Origin: Asterias rubens
Taxonomy: Eukaryota
Assembly: GCF_902459465.1 (NCBI RefSeq)
Contig: NC_047079.1
Coordinates: 11,346,001 to 11,410,000 of the forward strand
Length of the DNA: 64,000 nt
Direction of reading: 5' to 3'
Shown: one piece after another, positions 61,501 through 64,000 of the stretch
Position numbering within the stretch: the first letter of the stretch is position 1
Layout: each line of letters starts with the position of its first letter
Notes under the pieces: generated by a model
The model's database searches: none
What the model saw: only the letters and a program-made list of their open reading frames with translations
What the model was told of the DNA's origin: nothing
Position numbers and translations under genes: made by a program

Positions 61501-63673
61501 TATCTCTTCATGCTGGTTATCCATGATCACTGTGCCAAGCGTGTTGGATAAGGAACCAGTCACCTGTATAGAATCATTGAAATAGTTTAGTTTAACCACG
61601 AAAAAAGGCCGTGCTTACCATACAGAATGATGAGATACAGAATACCAGCCAAAACTACATTAAGTTTACATCGTTGTGACTGGTGCCCCACTCAATTCTT
61701 GCTTAGAAAAGAAATTTGTTAAGCAGTATTTTCTGCTTAAAGGCAGTGGACACTATTGGTAATTACTCAAAATAATTATTAGCACAAAACCTTACTTGGT
61801 AATGAGTAATGGGGAGAGGTTGATAGTATAAAACACTGTGAGAAACGGCTCCCTCTGAAGTGAAGTAGTTTTCAAGAAAGAAGTAATTTTTCACGGACTT
61901 GATTTCGAGACCTCAGATTTAGAATTTGAGGTCTCAAAATCAAGCATCTGAAAGCACACAACTTTGTGTGACCATGGTGTGACAAGGGTGTTTTTTCTTC
62001 CACTATTATCTCACAACTTCGACGATCGATTGAGCTAAAATTTTCACAGGTTTGTTATTTTATGCATATGTTGAGATACACCAAGTGAGAAGACTGGTCT
62101 TTGTCAATTACCAATAGTGTCCTGTGTCTTTAAAAGACACAGAATACCAGCCAAAACTACATCGAGTTTACATCGTTGTGACTCGTGACCCACTCCATTC
62201 TTGCTTAGCAAAGAAATTTGTTAAGCAGTATTTTCTGCTTAACAGGCTTATGAAATTTGGCCCTGGTTGTAAGTTTTCATCGTCTCTGCTTACCTTAGCT
62301 GCAGTATTGGACATTCCATGAGTCACATTCTTTACCATTCCCGTTACGTTCCCCTCCAAGATCAACTCCTTTAATCCGTCTCGTAGATCTTGAATCAAAC
62401 CGATTGGATTCCCAAGAAAATCAACAGACCCCAAGATCTTCACAGCTTGGCTTTTCAACTCCTGGAAAAGTAAAAATTAAAACACATTTAATCAGGGGAG
62501 GTTTGCTGAAACACCGTGTGAAAACCTCTGTGGAGTAGTGCTGGTTCTAAAAAGAACTGGGCCCAATTTCATGGCTCTGCTTACCGCCGAATTCTGCGCT
62601 TACGATCACGATTCCCCGCTTAAGTGCAAGCGCTGAGTTTCTGCGCTAGCCTTGTAAGCGCAGAATACTTAGTAATGTGAAGTACGCACGCGCAGAAGCC
62701 AAAATTCGCCGCTAACCCATTAAATACGCATGCCGTAAGCACAGAGTTCCCTGCTTCCGTTAGCGCCGATTCTGTGCTTACGGTAAGCACAGCCATGAAA
62801 TTTGTCCCTGGTGGTTGACGACTAAACGTTTGGATCAATATGCATTCTTTTTCAATCAGTAAATCTGGCCTTGCTTGGCCTGCAGTTCTAGTCAAAGAGA
62901 AACAGGCTTTTCGCGGGAATTTCTTTACTAAATGCTGCAGGCTTTGCCTAGTCGTGGTTTTCCTCCTGGTTTTTTATTGCACTCCAATTGTTGTTTTTTT
63001 TCCTGTCATTCTCTGAGCGCTTTGCAACCTTAGGTAAAGGCGCTATATTAATGGTGTTATTATTACTATTTATTTTTATGCTCTGATCGCTTTCAGGAGA
63101 AACGTTGATTTGTCAACAATCGGTTCTGTTCAGAACCCACACTACTCAAAGGAGATTTTCCACACTGCGTTAGAGCAAACCTAACCCAATTATAATGCCA
63201 CCATTTAATACAATTTGTTTTTGTTGATTTGTATAAATTTAATTGCCTCACCACATATATTCTTGCTATTGAAATATGTATGATTGAAAAAAAAAAAATT
63301 GATTATAACAAGAATTTGTCTGAAAACACGATTTACAATAAAGTGTGCCCTCTACAGTCTGCCAAGCAGAGGCTATTTGTACAATGAGAGAGCTAGCAGC
63401 AAGTCTAATACTCATTTGCATACCTCAGTGTAATGCTTGATGACAGCATCCAATAAGAACTCTTGTGTCTCAAAGGGGTGGAGTCTTGTGAAAGGATCGA
63501 GGGAGACTGGGGCGTCTTCAAACTGAATCAAGAAGAGTCGTTGCTGGGTCTTCAGAGCTTTGAGGTCAGGTGGTAGCTTGGAGGATGTGAGCACGCTCAG
63601 TTTGAACTCGGTTGCGTTTAGTTTGAGCGTCTCGAAGAAGAAGCGTTTGGCTTTCTGTTCGACTGATACAGGT
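58584..63673 (-). CDS. VPS13D: VPS13D, last 7 exons: 63673-63424, 62461-62294, 61563-61353, 60774-60519, 59978-59821, 59196-59075, 58700-58584; the gene continues beyond the window
   Basis: In-phase junctions. Motifs LTSSKLPPDLKALK, LDPFTRLHPFET, ILGSVDFLGNPIG, GFGKGVIGTVAKPV, QRVRLTRCC and SQQINYAK match the VPS13D C-terminus. Confidence 0.92.
59333..59655 (+). mobile_element. tRNA-derived SINE with a V-domain-like core
   Basis: B box GGTTCGAT followed by TGTGAGTTGAGTTG...GGGTTTTCC...CCGGTTTTTCC. Confidence 0.6.
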
Positions 63674-64000
63674 CTGCAAACAGGTCAAGAATATGTAAAT
63701 TAAGAAATAAAATAATGTGTTTAAATGACATCGAAGCTATGATTTTGAACAAATTAAACATATTCTGAGATGAGTAGAAAATTAAAAATCAGAAATATAT
63801 TGAACTGTTTAGATGATGTAAGAGCTATGATTTTGAAAAACTTTAAATATTCTAAAATGGGTAGAGAGTTTGGGAGCACAGACTAGGATGAAGCCCCCCG
63901 TAACTTTCGAGTGATACATTTCAGAGGATTTACAGACTCTCTACCTCACCATGAATAGCGGACTAGGGCAGTGAGCCTGGGTCTCCCCATGGTCTAGAGG

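Overview
This is eukaryotic, AT-rich, intron-rich animal DNA. It is probably from an invertebrate deuterostome such as a sea star; that is an inference from the repeat families and gene structures and was not verified. I reconstructed eight genes or gene parts by hand with GT-AG junctions and consistent reading phase. In order: an SLC16/MCT-like transporter (+); two tandem copies of an SLC46-like MFS transporter (+) inside a recent 7.6-8.8 kb tandem duplication; nucleolin (-, 17 coding exons); ZMYND12 (+), head-to-head with nucleolin; an adenosine-receptor-like GPCR (-); SDHB (+); and the 3' end of VPS13D (-). Introns and intergenic DNA are dense with MITEs (TTAA/Kolobok-type, 9-bp-TSD, 8-bp-TSD), tRNA-derived SINEs, LINE 3' ends and minisatellites. 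The most interesting signals not explained by the genes are: (1) a box C/D snoRNA in a nucleolin intron with an 11-nt guide to the LSU rRNA segment GCCAAAUGCCU (snR13/SNORD15-like); (2) a family of decayed minimal hammerhead-ribozyme motifs, including a TSD-flanked insertion and a 59-bp triplet abutting the GPCR start codon; (3) inverted repeats bracketing an in-frame SLC46 exon; (4) the SLC46 duplication itself, which could be a real duplication or a haplotype assembly artefact; and (5) a higher-order repeat in the VPS13D 3' UTR whose last unit contains the stop codon. There is no CRISPR array and no prokaryotic system here.
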